64,000 nt of DNA from Tricharina praecox (taxonomy: Eukaryota): contig NW_026250405.1 of assembly GCF_024521635.1 (NCBI RefSeq), positions 992,001 through 1,056,000 on the forward strand. Direction: 5' to 3'. A program made the translations under genes and the position numbers. Below the pieces are notes generated by a model. It was not told the DNA's origin, did not search any database, and saw only the letters and a list, made by a program, of their open reading frames with translations. Of this stretch, positions 1 to 11,769 are shown in pieces (the stretch's first letter is position 1; each line of letters opens with the position of its first letter).

Positions 1-383
1 AGCAGCGCGGTGGTGATGGACACGTTAAATTCTTCGGAGACTTCATAGACGCCTGCTGCGTAGACGGAGGATGTAAATGTACTGCAACCAGCGTCAGAAC
101 GGGCTCCCGATTCAGGGACGGCGCAGGGGATAAAAACTAACACGAGCAAACACAGAGCACCAGGAACGATGGTCCCGAACCATCGCTTTCGCATTGGCCA
201 GTTCCACGGATTATCGGGATCCTCAGGACAGTCCCAGTCGAGGCCGACGGCGACCTTCGCATGGGATGTCGAGCTATCATCGTTCGAGCCCCGGACAGTA
301 GTTGCCTCGAGATCGATGGCCGAGGGGGAGACCGAGAGCGCACCGTCGTCCGCGTCTACGATGGTGGTAGCCTTTGAGCTCAT
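1..383 (-). CDS. MFS drug:H+ antiporter (DHA1 family), 5' part; gene runs off the window start
   Basis: ATG at 383 gives MSSKATT...LDWDCPEDPDNPWNWPMRKRWFGTIVPGALCLL. The WxxxxDPxNPxNW motif before TM1 is the DHA1 hallmark. Intron 82-141 (GTTAGT..CTGAC..GCAG) joins in frame to VTFTSSVYAAGVYEVSEEFNVSITTAL. Confidence 0.88.
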   Translation of the reverse strand, partial: MSSKATTIVDADDGALSVSPSAIDLEATTVRGSNDDSSTSHAKVAVGLDWDCPEDPDNPWNWPMRKRWFGTIVPGALCLLVLVFIPCAVPESGARSDAGCSTFTSSVYAAGVYEVSEEFNVSITTAL

Positions 384-3300
384 GATTGCTGTTTATCGTC
401 TTTTGCTGTGGTCGTGGTCGTTACGGCCGGACTTCGAACTCAAGATGTGACCCTTTGTTGCCGTCGCAGTCTCAATAATTTCAGCCGGGGGGTGGGGGGG
501 CCAAGGGCCGCTATGTATTGAACTCTGGCCCTCGCAGAAGGGGGTGTGTGGTTCCCGTTTTTTGATTTGCATGCCATTTTGCTTTTAGGGAGGGAGGTGG
601 TGGTCGTGGAGGTGGTCAAGGTGGGTGGCGTTCGGATGTGTTCTGGATCTGGGGAAGATCCCGAGAGCTGGGTTCGCGTAGTGTTCCGAAAGCGGGACTT
701 TGCGCCGGTTGGCTCGAGGGCGCGGTGCAGCTACGCCCCAATGGGAAAGACGGTTCACGGCCGGTAATCGTTCATCTCCCTTCCAGCCGTGCCTAACTAT
801 GGGCTAGTTGTGGACGTGGGTGGGTGGAATTCGAGAAGCCGGTGCTTTCTTTCTTTCGTTACGGAGAAGGGACTCGGTAGCATGTAGATGTGTACAGCAT
901 ACATACAAGTGCTGTATCTTCGGCGGGACGAAAGCGATGGACACTGAGGCCGCGGGACATATGCATTACGCTGGGGTACAACTACTAGGCACTCTACACA
1001 TGGAGGTTCTGGCAGCAGTGGCATGATTGTCGTGATGTGCAAAAAGGGCGGACGCCTACATAGCAGGTACTATGCCTACCTGCACTCCGTTGCGAAGTAT
1101 GGTACATACCAAAGTAAGTATCTATCTGCGGATCAACAGCCAGGTATGTTACTATAATCAAGTATACTCACATACCGACCGACAACACCGCGACCCTCCT
1201 GCCACCGCAACTTTCCTGCTCACTCGCGCCCCCCCTCATTCCTGCGATCCCTCGCATGCCGATTCGAACGACAGAAAAACAAGCGTTCTGGCGTGTTTCG
1301 GAAAATCTCAGCTGCATCACAGAAATCCACGTAATCTGCACATGCGCAGCGGCATTCGCTGCCGTCAAACCCACTCCACACGGGCCGCTGCACACTTCAC
1401 ACTTCACACTGCACACAGCACACCCTCCTCCGAAGCACCCCTCTCCGAAGCACTTCAGACACAGCCGTCGTTCGTCGTCGAACCGGGGAACCAGAGACAT
1501 GACGTTTCTGTCCGGTTTCTCGCTTAGCATCACCTGCGATTCGTGGTCGGCCATCGGGAAGCACAGAGGCGGGCGTACAGGAATCGTCCGTCTGCTCTCC
1601 GGCCTGAGACACGATCTTCATCTCCTCCGTTCAAGGGGAGGGCTGAGTAGGGAGATTTATACCTTACTCATCTGCTTAGTTATACATGCTACTAGTGGTA
1701 TGGTAGGAAGGTGCTCCTATGCTTCCGGCCCTGGAGGATTCGCCGTATCCGGAGGGCAACGTCGCAGAAGCCGGAGTCCGAGCAGAACAACACTAGAGTA
1801 ACACGTAGAATCTCTACTACTAGTAGTACGTGCCGCAACTACTACTCTTACCTACGTAGCAGTTCTAATCGAGCGGATCGAGCACAGACGCCCTTAGGGG
1901 CGGGCTCTCCGAGACATTTGTACGCTTTAGCTCGCCCAACTGTTTATCCGCGCGGCTGGCCCTGGGAGTATGAAGTTAACGTTCTCATAGCACCTATATG
2001 ATAGGACAGTATACGTTCGTTCGTTCTCCATTCCGGGCTACCTAGCCCATACACAGGATCGACATGGCCAGGTATGTAGAAACCCCACCTCCGCATCATC
2101 AACAAACCAACAACTTGCAACTTGCAACTTCCCCGTCTGCGGTGCATGCAACGACATCTGCAGAGATCCGCTTTGGGGATCTACGCCCGCTGTCTGCCGG
2201 CTCGGGCTCGGAGGAATCATACCAAGTGTACATATGTACAGGAGATGGTGGTTTGACAGCCGGCAATAATACCGCCGATCGTTGGTGATTACTAGCACCT
2301 AGAGTACTCTACCTTCACCGGGTCTCAATCTCGAGCTGTCAGGCGGTCACGCCACGATGCTGCGTGGTGGGGGCGTGTTCTCGAAGAACTCGACATGATC
2401 CCTTTGTTTGTCATGTTCGAGTGCGGGGCAGCCATGTCAATCGCAATATATGGACTTCGGAGGGAACGTGGGGGACAGGAATCGAAACAGAACCATCACC
2501 TTCACACAACGTCACTCGTGTTGGAGATCGCCATGAACCATCCGCGGAAACGTCTGGTGGATACCTTGAGTACCGGAGTTCCGCGTTGATCGGCTTCAGA
2601 ATTTCGCTTCCGGGCCCACATGTGAGAGATCTGCGCTTCGGCTTTCAAGAGCTCTTTAGCCCCGGACGAGAGACGTTGGAAAAAGCTACTGCTGTTACAT
2701 AACCAAGTACTTGCGTGCCTAACTGCACTTGGTACACTAGGTATTATACGTATGTACCAGCCTCCAACACTAATCGTATGTACCGGCGGAGGAATTGCTC
2801 AACACGGCCTGCGGCCTGCGGGGAGTACATACATGCCTCTCCATCTAACGGCTAACTTGCACCATCTCCTCCACCTCGGGTTCAGCATGGATGGATGGGG
2901 CCGGGCCAATCGGTCCCCTCAACTCGATGGTTGTACGTATGAAACCCTGTCGTCAAGCTGGCAACAGCTCTGTGTTCCGTCCGTTCTCGAAACCGCCGCG
3001 CGAATCACATTCCACGCCGTTCAACTCATTCAGCCGGAGGAGCCCGGCGGAGCCCGTCAGGCTCCATACCCTACCTACACATCGGACATATACCCCCAGC
3101 TGGTAGAGTTCATAACCAGCGCATCTCCGCTGCCGTTTCCATTTTCATCCCCCGCCTGCACTGCACCGCACTGCATCCACTGCATCACTGCCAGTCCCCG
3201 CCCCAAATGGCATCAAAAAATATCCCCCCTCCCGGTCCCCTCAGCGCCAGCAACGACCCTCCACCCCTCCCCCTGTAGCACGACCCTGCCGCCTCCAGCA

Positions 3301-3384
3301 TCAATCATAACAGCCCTAACCACGGTCTTGTTCCCCGTGTCTGCCCTCCCCCCCTCCACCTCCGCCACCCCACCACTACTCCGT

Positions 3385-3687
3385 CTAACCGGCGTCTTCG
3401 GCCCTTGCCCTTGCTCTCCTCCCCCTCCCCCCCCCTCCTCCTCTCAGGTCGCCTCCAAGGTCGCCGCCCGAATCCCCCCCACCGGGCTCTTCGGGAACCC
3501 GCGCCAGCCGCAGCCGCTCAATACGTGCGGCGCGCTGGATCACTTGTGCGGGCGAGAGGCTGCGGGGTCCTGGGCGGGGTCTTGGGCGCGGGCGCGGGTG
3601 GGAGTGTGCGTGTGCGTGTGCGTGTGTGTGTGAGTGGGAGGGCAGGCGCTGGTGCTGGTGCTGGTGCTGGTGCTGGAGTAGTACCAT
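3385..3687 (-). CDS. Possible small orphan protein (100 aa, His/Gln/Arg/Gly-rich)
   Basis: ATG in good context (AAACATGG) and a helix-like core PAQVIQRAARIERLRLAR. Much of the ORF is microsatellite-encoded and no family is recognised. Confidence 0.25.
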   Translation of the reverse strand: MVLLQHQHQHQHQRLPSHSHTHAHAHAHSHPRPRPRPRPGPRSLSPAQVIQRAARIERLRLARVPEEPGGGDSGGDLGGDLRGGGGGRGRRARARAEDAG

Positions 3688-4328
3688 GTTTACTTGCTGT
3701 GGCTACCTGTGTCTGTGTCTGTAACTGTACTGTAACTGTGGTGTTAAGGGGTTAAAAAATCCTCGATTTGCGGGTTGCGGTGGTTGTTGGTTTGTCGATT
3801 GGCGTTTTGTCGTCCGTCCGTATGTAGTGTGTAGGTAGGTATGCTTGGCTGGATACGAAACGGGCTGTTATACCGGAGGCGAGGGATTCATGTTGGCCCC
3901 GTGCTGTTCGGGTTGCAGAACGTGAGGCTGCCCGGGGGGTTCTTCATGCGTCGCGGGGACGCCGGAGTCGAGGTGAGCGCGAGGGGTGCGTGCGATCACG
4001 TTGTGTCACTCGCTCGCGATAGATATGCATACCTACTCTACATAGCTGTCGGCAAAGTGCGAACTCGACAACAAGTGCACGGATATGGCCGAACTCCAAT
4101 ACATGTTAAGGTCGAATGCAGTGATGAATAAACACAAACACAACCCCAAAAAACAAAAGCCAACTCGGCATGGCCGATTGGCTGGCGGACGGACGCCGGA
4201 CGCCGGACGGACTGGCCGATTAAATACTGACTTATGTACTCTACCTATCAAACGCGCGCGGACGTTCGGTTTAGGGCCTGCGCCGATGCTACTCGGTAAA
4301 ATGGCTGGCTGGCTGGCTGGCTGGCAGC

Positions 4329-4395
4329 GAGAGTCTGAGAGTCTAAAAGTCTGAGAGTCTGGAAGTCTGAGAGTCTGAGAGTCTGAGAGTCTGAG
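4329..4395. repeat. Imperfect 8-bp tandem repeat (GAGAGTCT)n, about 8 units
   Basis: Read directly: gagagtctgagagtctaaaagtctgagagtctggaagtctgagagtct... Confidence 0.9.
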
Positions 4396-5179
4396 GGCTG
4401 TGAGGATAAGGCGGGGATTTCGACAAACGGGCTGGCACGGCCGTGACGGACCTGACGGACGTGGTGCTGAAACCAGATGACTTGCAGGCTTGCAGGTTTG
4501 CAAGTTTGCGGCGCGGGTAGGAATGTGTCTCTGCTGGGTGTTCAAGTGGATACGCATCAGTAATCCACGGTAAAGATTGTTACGACGGCAAGCATTGAAT
4601 CACCAGGTGGCGGGTGGCAAGTGGCGGATGCAGCTAATCATGCGGATCCACACGGGGTCACTCGATAGTATACCATCCAACGTCACCCTCCTAGTCCGAC
4701 GAGGCAGTCCTCAGAGGGGCGACGGCTCGAGGGTAACTAACAAGCGAGGCGACCGGAAGGAAGCACACGTGTGAGCACAGGAAAGATACATCATCCGGGG
4801 AAGTGGTCACAGCGGCGGGGCCGTGGCCATCGTGGTGGTTGGGAAAGGAACGGCTACTTATCTCGTTAGTTTGGGCCGTAGTTAGTTCCCTCTAGAGTCT
4901 GCTAGTAGACAGGCCGTATCTATGCAAAATAAATCAGTAACCTCTCTCACTCTCTCCCGAGCAGTTACATAACACTCTAAGTTAGATACATGCTACGGTT
5001 GGTATCTCCTGGAGTGCGAGGCGTGAGTCCTCCTTTCGTACATACGAGGTTTGGTAATGAGTGGATACAGATGTTACTCGCCACTTGATGATTCTCACCA
5101 CGATTCAGCAGCTATTATGCCCTCAAGGCGTGTTTCATTCGTATCCAATTCTTCTCCTACATGATATCAATACGCACAT

Positions 5180-8174
5180 CTACACATCAATAACCTCCGC
5201 TGTACCCTCCACCTCCACCTCTCCCTCTCTCCGCCGCATCCCAACCACGGTCCCCTCCAACGCCCTAAACTTACCAATCCTCTCCACCGTCTCCCACACG
5301 CCCCGCAGATACTTCTCCATTTCCCCATCCTTCGCCCTAACTACGACAAGTCCCTGGCCCTTCTCCAACAACCGCAGCTTCGCAACTGCCCCCATCACCC
5401 TCAACACCATCTCATCCTCACTCTCAACCAGTGGAAGCTCCTGTACACTCGGCCAAGCCGCAGTCATGATGCTGACGCCGTCGACGGCCGCCCTCTCTGC
5501 CGGCCGCAGCTCCTGCCACAGTCCTTCGGAGAGGAAGGGCATGAACGGGTGCAAGAGGCGAAGGAAAGTATCGAGCGAGCCCTGGAGCATACTCATCGCG
5601 TTGTCCCGCCTTGCCGTGTCAGCGTCCTGGGCCACCTCGGTTTTGACAAACTCGATGTAGACGCCGCAGAAGATATCGTAGACGAAGGCCCTGATAGCTT
5701 CTGTAGCCTCGAAGGGTCTCCGATTCTTCATCGCGGTGTCGACGGTTTCAACGAGGATGCGGAGGTGATACAGGAGGTACCGATCATGCGGCAGCAGCTC
5801 GTTGATCGGGACAGCTTCCTTGATCGCGAATGGCGCGCGCTTCCTGGACTCGTGGAAGAACTTGAACGCATTGTCGATTTTGATTGCGAGCTTCCGGAAG
5901 ACGTCAACGTGGCGCAGCTCCATGTTGATTTGTCGCGCCTGGCGGGTGTAGTCGAGGAGTGCTATGCGAAGGGAGTCTGCGCCGCTGCGCGCGATGCCGT
6001 TGGGGAAGGCCTTGCGGATTTCGACAACTTTTTTGCGCAGCTCTTTGGTTGCGTCGGCGGCTTGCGTTCCGCCGAGAGAGAGCTGCCCTGCGTACGTGGC
6101 GTGCAGGTCCGTGAGTAGGTCGGGTTGAGTGCGCCCTGTCACGATCAGGAGCGGGTCGAGGACATTCCCGACGGATTTGGACATCTTGCGGCCGGTGGAG
6201 TCGCAAACTAAGGGATGCAGGATTATCTCCGGGAAGGGTAGCTGGCCGGAGAAGTGCGTGCAGAGCATGGCCATCCGTGCAAGCCAGAAGAACAGGATGT
6301 CACCGCCGCTCTCGATGAATGTTAGAGGGTAGTTGTCTCTCCAGCCGGGGAGATCGGCCTCACCTCCACGCCAACCAGCGGTGGAAAGAGGGAGAAGGCC
6401 GGAGGAGAACCAGGTGTCGAGGACATCCTCATCCTGTCTTATTGTGAACCCACCGGCCTTTTCTTCTTCAGTAAGTTTCCCCAGGGCGATGTTTTCACTC
6501 TCCGCCGCAATCCACCGCACAATCTGATCTCCAGGGTCGAGGACCATATATGCTGGAATCCGATGCCCCCACCAGATCTGTCTACTCAAACACCAATCTT
6601 GGATCCCGTCCAGCCACTGGTCCCACAGCAATTGACTAGGCTGTCCAGGGACAAAAGTGAGCCCATCCCTCTCTGCCACTTCTTTCACCTTCTCTGCCAA
6701 AGGTTTCATTCGCAGATACCATTGCGGCTGGAGCATGGGCTCGATGATGGTGCCAGAACGCTCACACATCGGTAGGCGTACATCATGCGGTACTTTTCCT
6801 CTGTAGGCGCCGGCATCTTTGAGAAGTTTGACGACGCGCTTGCGTATGTGAAAGCGGTCGTAGCCGATGAGGGTGGGAACTTGGCAGGCGGGCAGCATCA
6901 CGCCAGAGGAGTCGAAGACTGAGATGAGGGGGATGGGTAGCTTTTTGATATCTGATTCGGAGCTAGAAGATTTGGGTGTAGGTGATGTGCAGAGGGATGA
7001 GTGGCGCTTCCAGAATGCGTAATCAGAGACGTCGTGCGCAGGGGTGATTTTGACGGCGCCGGAGCCAAAGGCTGGATCCACGAGGTCGGCATCAGGTATA
7101 ATGGGGATCGTGAGGTCGGAGATGAGAGGATGGCGGACGAGTTTGTAGTGGAGATCCTGTAAGGTCAGTCACGCGAAAACAGCGGACGAAGAAGGGAAAG
7201 AGGCACCTTATAACGTGGGTCATCGGGGTGAACAGCCACCGCTCGATCACCAGGAATCGTCTCTGGTCTCGTCGTAGAAACCACAATCTCGCCCTCCCCC
7301 TCTACAAACGGAAAGGCAAACTTATGGAGCACTCCAAACTCCGCTCTACGAAGTATCAGCAGAGTCCATCACAATATATCACTCGAAAAGTGCACACACC
7401 CATCCACTTTCACCGGCTCCGTGCCCAAAATCTCCTTGGTGGTAACCTCGATATCGCTCACTGCAGTCTGAAGTTTGACACTCCAATTGACCATCCTCGT
7501 ATCTCTATACACCAACCCCTGCTCCCACAAGCGCACAAACGCGGCATGTACGGCCTCACTCAATCCTTTATCACGCGTATAATATTCCCTCGAATTCGTC
7601 GTCGACGTTCCGAGTGTCCGCATCTGCTCCAATATCCGCCCTCCGTACTTCTCACGCCACGTCTCCACCTCCTCCACAAACTTCTCGCGGCCCAATTCCT
7701 TTCGCGACTCGCCGCGTTGTGTCGCCAGCATCCGCTCAACCACCGACTGCGTAGCGATACCGGCATGATCTGTCCCAGGCGCCCAGATAACCGGGTGCGC
7801 ATTCATCCGGTAGTACCTGGCAAGAGCGTCCTCAATCGACAGCATGAGCGCATGACCGATGTGTAGCTCTCCGGTAACATTCGGCGGGGGCAGGAGCATC
7901 CGGATCGCCGGTTTCGTGGGATCGGCATCTTTGCGGGGTTCGAACAGACCGCGACTGTTCCAGTAGCTGTACCAGCCGTTTTCTATCGCACTCTGAGTGG
8001 CGTCAGTTGGTGTGGCCGGTCGCGGCGGTGGGAGCCCGGGGGAGTAGGAACCGGATCGAAAGGTAGGGACAAGTCTCGTCGGGGCTTCCGTGGAAGCGTG
8101 GATTGGAATCGAAGCTGGCCATATCGACGAAGGACCGCTGGGGTTCGAGCGCGGAGGGTGGCGGCAAACATCAC
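5180..8174 (-). CDS. Valyl-tRNA synthetase, probably mitochondrial (4 exons, ~940 aa)
   Basis: Class I motifs [64 protein letters not shown] and KMSKS. Arg-rich presequence [25 protein letters not shown]. Introns at 7993-8051, ~7346-7398 and ~7157-7207 restore the frame. Confidence 0.95.
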
Positions 8175-8435
8175 ATATGTCGCTGCCGTCTTCGGATATC
8201 CGTCTGAGCTGATTATCTGTCACTCGCAATTCATGGTTGGGTTTCTTTGCAAGACGAGACGACCGGGTAACGACACCAACGCTAAATGAAAAAGTTACGT
8301 GCGTTTTTGTGCTAGTTTCCTATTACAAGAAAAGGCTGGCAAGCTCTAGCGAAGCTCTTGTGAAATCCACGTTCCCTCTCACCTTCTACCTCTCATTTCC
8401 CCTCCACCCCTCTTAGCTAAAATCACTTCCCAGTC

Positions 8436-9314
8436 ATGTCACCCCCTCCTGAAGAAAAGAAACCCACTACCGTCGCCAATGATCTCCTTCTCGACTCTGA
8501 GTACGATTCCGCCGATGACAGCGACTTCGATCCTAGCGCACTAGCCACCACCGCCGACAATAACGTCGAAGACGACTTCACGGCCTCGTCCGATTCCGAA
8601 GATGACGCAGCACCAAATACCATCCCCACCACAGTTCCTAAAAAGAAACGAAAACGTGCGGCCTCAATTTCCTCGATCCCCAGCGACGATGACGAGCAAG
8701 GCGCAGAAGTCAGCATAATCAAGACACGCGCGCAACGCCGCCTCGAATCTCCTAGCCGCAAAACTGGCGGCGTATCAGCCGGCACCGCGACCACCGATGT
8801 CGACGCCCTGTGGGCCGCTATGAACTCCCCCGCTGTACTCACCCCACTTCCTACGCCACAACAAGCCGAGTCGGAACCGTCACCGCCAGCCGTCTCGTCT
8901 ACTACTGGCGAGAAAATGGTCGAGATTAAACATACCTACGAGTTCGCCGGCAAGACAATAACAGAGTCGAGGATGGTCCCGCTGAGTTCGGAGAGTGCGC
9001 GCGTACATCTGTCCTCTGCATCTGCATCGCCAGCACCTACACCGCCGACGGGGAGACGACCACCACCGAAGAAACGGGCGAGCGCGTTTGATGCAGCAGC
9101 CGCATCGAAGAGCAAGGCGGCGACGGCACCGGCAAAGATAAACACACTTGAGAAGAGCCGACTAGACTGGGCGGGGTTCGTAGATAAAGAGGGGATTGGT
9201 GATGATCTTAAGAAGTGGAATAAGGGCGACAAGGGTTACCTGGATCGTCAGGCGTTTCTGGGTCGTGTGGATGACAATAGGGATAAACAGTGGAAGGAGG
9301 GGAAGAAGAAGTGA
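8436..9314 (+). CDS. SWC5: SWR1-complex subunit Swc5 (BCNT/CFDP1 family)
   Basis: Acidic N-terminus EYDSADDSDFDP, central IKHTYEFAGKTITESRMV, and C-terminal BCNT motif KINTLEKSRLDWAGFVDKEGIGDDL...GYLDRQAFL. Confidence 0.93.
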   Translation: MSPPPEEKKPTTVANDLLLDSEYDSADDSDFDPSALATTADNNVEDDFTASSDSEDDAAPNTIPTTVPKKKRKRAASISSIPSDDDEQGAEVSIIKTRAQRRLESPSRKTGGVSAGTATTDVDALWAAMNSPAVLTPLPTPQQAESEPSPPAVSSTTGEKMVEIKHTYEFAGKTITESRMVPLSSESARVHLSSASASPAPTPPTGRRPPPKKRASAFDAAAASKSKAATAPAKINTLEKSRLDWAGFVDKEGIGDDLKKWNKGDKGYLDRQAFLGRVDDNRDKQWKEGKKK

Positions 9315-9557
9315 TTGGGCGATAGAAGGAGTATACATATTAGACCGTGAACGGACGGAAGGCGGTGAGCCTTGTAAAAGGAGTTGGCTTGGGATTCTTC
9401 AACTTGCTTTGATCGATTGGTGATTCTGGGAGGCGCGCTATAGATACTACATTGATGTTCGGATTGTCTGTCTGATTTTCACAGCTCCGAACCATTCTAC
9501 TCGTCCCTCTAAGAGATAACTAATAATTTATGCGGCCCGTGTATATGTACCTTTCGT

Positions 9558-10969
9558 CTAATCCACCTCCTCCACTTTGGGAAGACCCTTTTTATCCATG
9601 TTGTTCATACACTCCGCCCTCCAGTCTGTCGGCGCAATCTTGCCCACCACCTCTTTGAACGCTTCCATCGTACAGAAACTCTCATTCCCCTCCAGGTGCT
9701 TGCCCGCCTTCTTGCAACCACTGACAACCACAGGCTTTTCATTATACCTCAACCGCACGTACCAACCCTCATCGGCGCCAGCACCCGTAACCCTTCCCCA
9801 AAAGCTGCGCCTATGGTCCTTCAATCTGAACGTCTCCACCGCAATCGCCGACGTAAACGGTGGCCACTTTTGATCGAACGCTCCCAGCGAAGCTAACAAT
9901 CCCGCAAGCGTAGTATCATGACACCCCATGAGCGCCAACCTAACCTGACTCTTCCCACTCGCCACGGCGGTGGCACGATCCCTGATATCACCCAGCAGCG
10001 AGCCGACACCCAGTCGTCGAAACTCTACACTCTCCGCATACCCACGATACCACTCATCCACATTGAAATCATTCATGATGCGGCGTACATCCTCGTCGTA
10101 GAACTCACCTGGCAGACGGGTCTCTGGGCCGTGCGCGAGGGTTGCGTTAACGGTGTCCATGATCCCCGACAAACGTGGGTGTCCGTCAACGGCGACTTTC
10201 CCGCCGGCAGGCATCCACTTTCCGAGCTTCGAGTTGAGCAGCGCCATCTCGGGGGAGTCGTTCCAGCGCTTTGCTGCGACATCGGCGAAGGCGCGGGAGA
10301 GCATCGCGAAGCGCCGGCAGTTGGCTTCGTTCGGGAAGAGGTTCTCCTCCTGTAGTGAGCGCGCGAGGATGACGGGTGGAGGAACGTCCGTTGGTCGGTG
10401 GCTGGCTGGGTATAGTCCTGTGAACACCTGCTGAAGGGACTCAAGCGCTCGGACGATGGATGTGGAGCGCAGGTAGTATTCTTCTGGTGGGGCGAGGGTG
10501 GAGGGGAGGAAACCCAGTTGGTCGACGTAGAGGTGCCGCAGGCGGTGGCCGAGTGCGAGAGTCGTTTCCCGCCCGCGATCGGTGAGTTGCCCCAGAAGAC
10601 AGATGTCGTCTGTAACCTTCCCGCTGCCGGTGGAAGCAGCTAGTACGGCTTCGCCTTTTCCGCCGAAGGTTTCGAGACGCCGACGGAACGCGAGGTCGTC
10701 CCATCTGCCGTCTGGGCCAAGCACTGGGGCAGTGAAGAGGGATGCGGATTTACAGTATGGCCAGAATGCTTGGAGGCCAGTGTTCTGGAAACGGGGCGCA
10801 ACGGGGGTTCGCTCACCTGGTGAGAATTAGCTAGGAATTTTGTGAGCAGGGTGAGATGAGGCGTACCATGGCGGAAGATGACTTGTACCTGGTGAAGCTC
10901 AAGGTTCGAGGGATAGAGGGCGGCGAGCTGCTCGGCGGTGTATGGGGGCGGCAGATTTAGAGTTGTCAT
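9558..10969 (-). CDS. Histidine acid phosphatase (branch 2, ACP6/lysophosphatidic-acid-phosphatase-like), 2 exons
   Basis: Catalytic RHGERTP is formed across intron 10817-10866 (GTACGC..CTAAT..CAG). Also GQLTDRG, LRSTSIVRALESL and the proton-donor motif GCHDTT. No signal peptide is evident. Confidence 0.92.
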
Positions 10970-11769
10970 GGCTATTCAATTGCGCAGAAAAGAAGACAGA
11001 GGCGAACTGAAGATGGTGATCGATGGGGATTCCGGAGAGGTGATAGCTGTCCTTATGTACACTATCTCAGCTGTACTCGGGCTACATCCGCCCAACCCGA
11101 CGAACCAAGCCGATCAGTTACAGGGTTCGTTGTCAACGCAGTAGGGGCTCTGCAACTGGCCGGTGGAGGGCGGCAGATGTGGATGACTGAGTTCGGGGAG
11201 GAGTTCAGCTGACCAGATCAAGACTCCAGGCGGGAAGAAAGAAAGTGTTGATGTTTTGGCCATCACAAGCTAGAATGAGCCATGCACCGGACGTCAATCG
11301 TTTCAGCCCACTTGTCACACCGCATTTGGTGGTGTTCTTTTTCCTGAATAGCTAAGCCCGATGAGGTGTTTCTGCCCCTCAGTCACGTGCTATTGGATAA
11401 CCGCTTTTTTTTTGTGAGGCTCAATAACTCCTCTAGCTCTCCATGCAATCTCTCCACCGCCATCTCCGGAAACACCGGGCTGTGAATTGCCATCGGTGGA
11501 TCCAAGCAGACCCAACTCTTCCTCTCCACCGCCGCATGGTCGTGTCAGCACCAATCGCCCCCTCGGCCCGTCCCCGTTGCGATATCCCTCAGGTTTTCAG
11601 TGCCATGAACTAGTGATGTTGCATGCCCTAAGCGCATCCGCCTCACCAGCCCCCGCCATCCAAAACCCTCCTCGACAGGACGTTACATGTCACCCATATC
11701 TCTGCAGGTACCCTATTCATTTCCACCACCACTGTCCACCACCTTCCTGTCACCGCCATTGCCACCACC

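Noticed and set aside
2752..3633. 293-aa plus-strand ORF
   Set aside because: Pro/Ser-rich product of C-rich low-complexity DNA ending in a (GT) microsatellite, with no domain.
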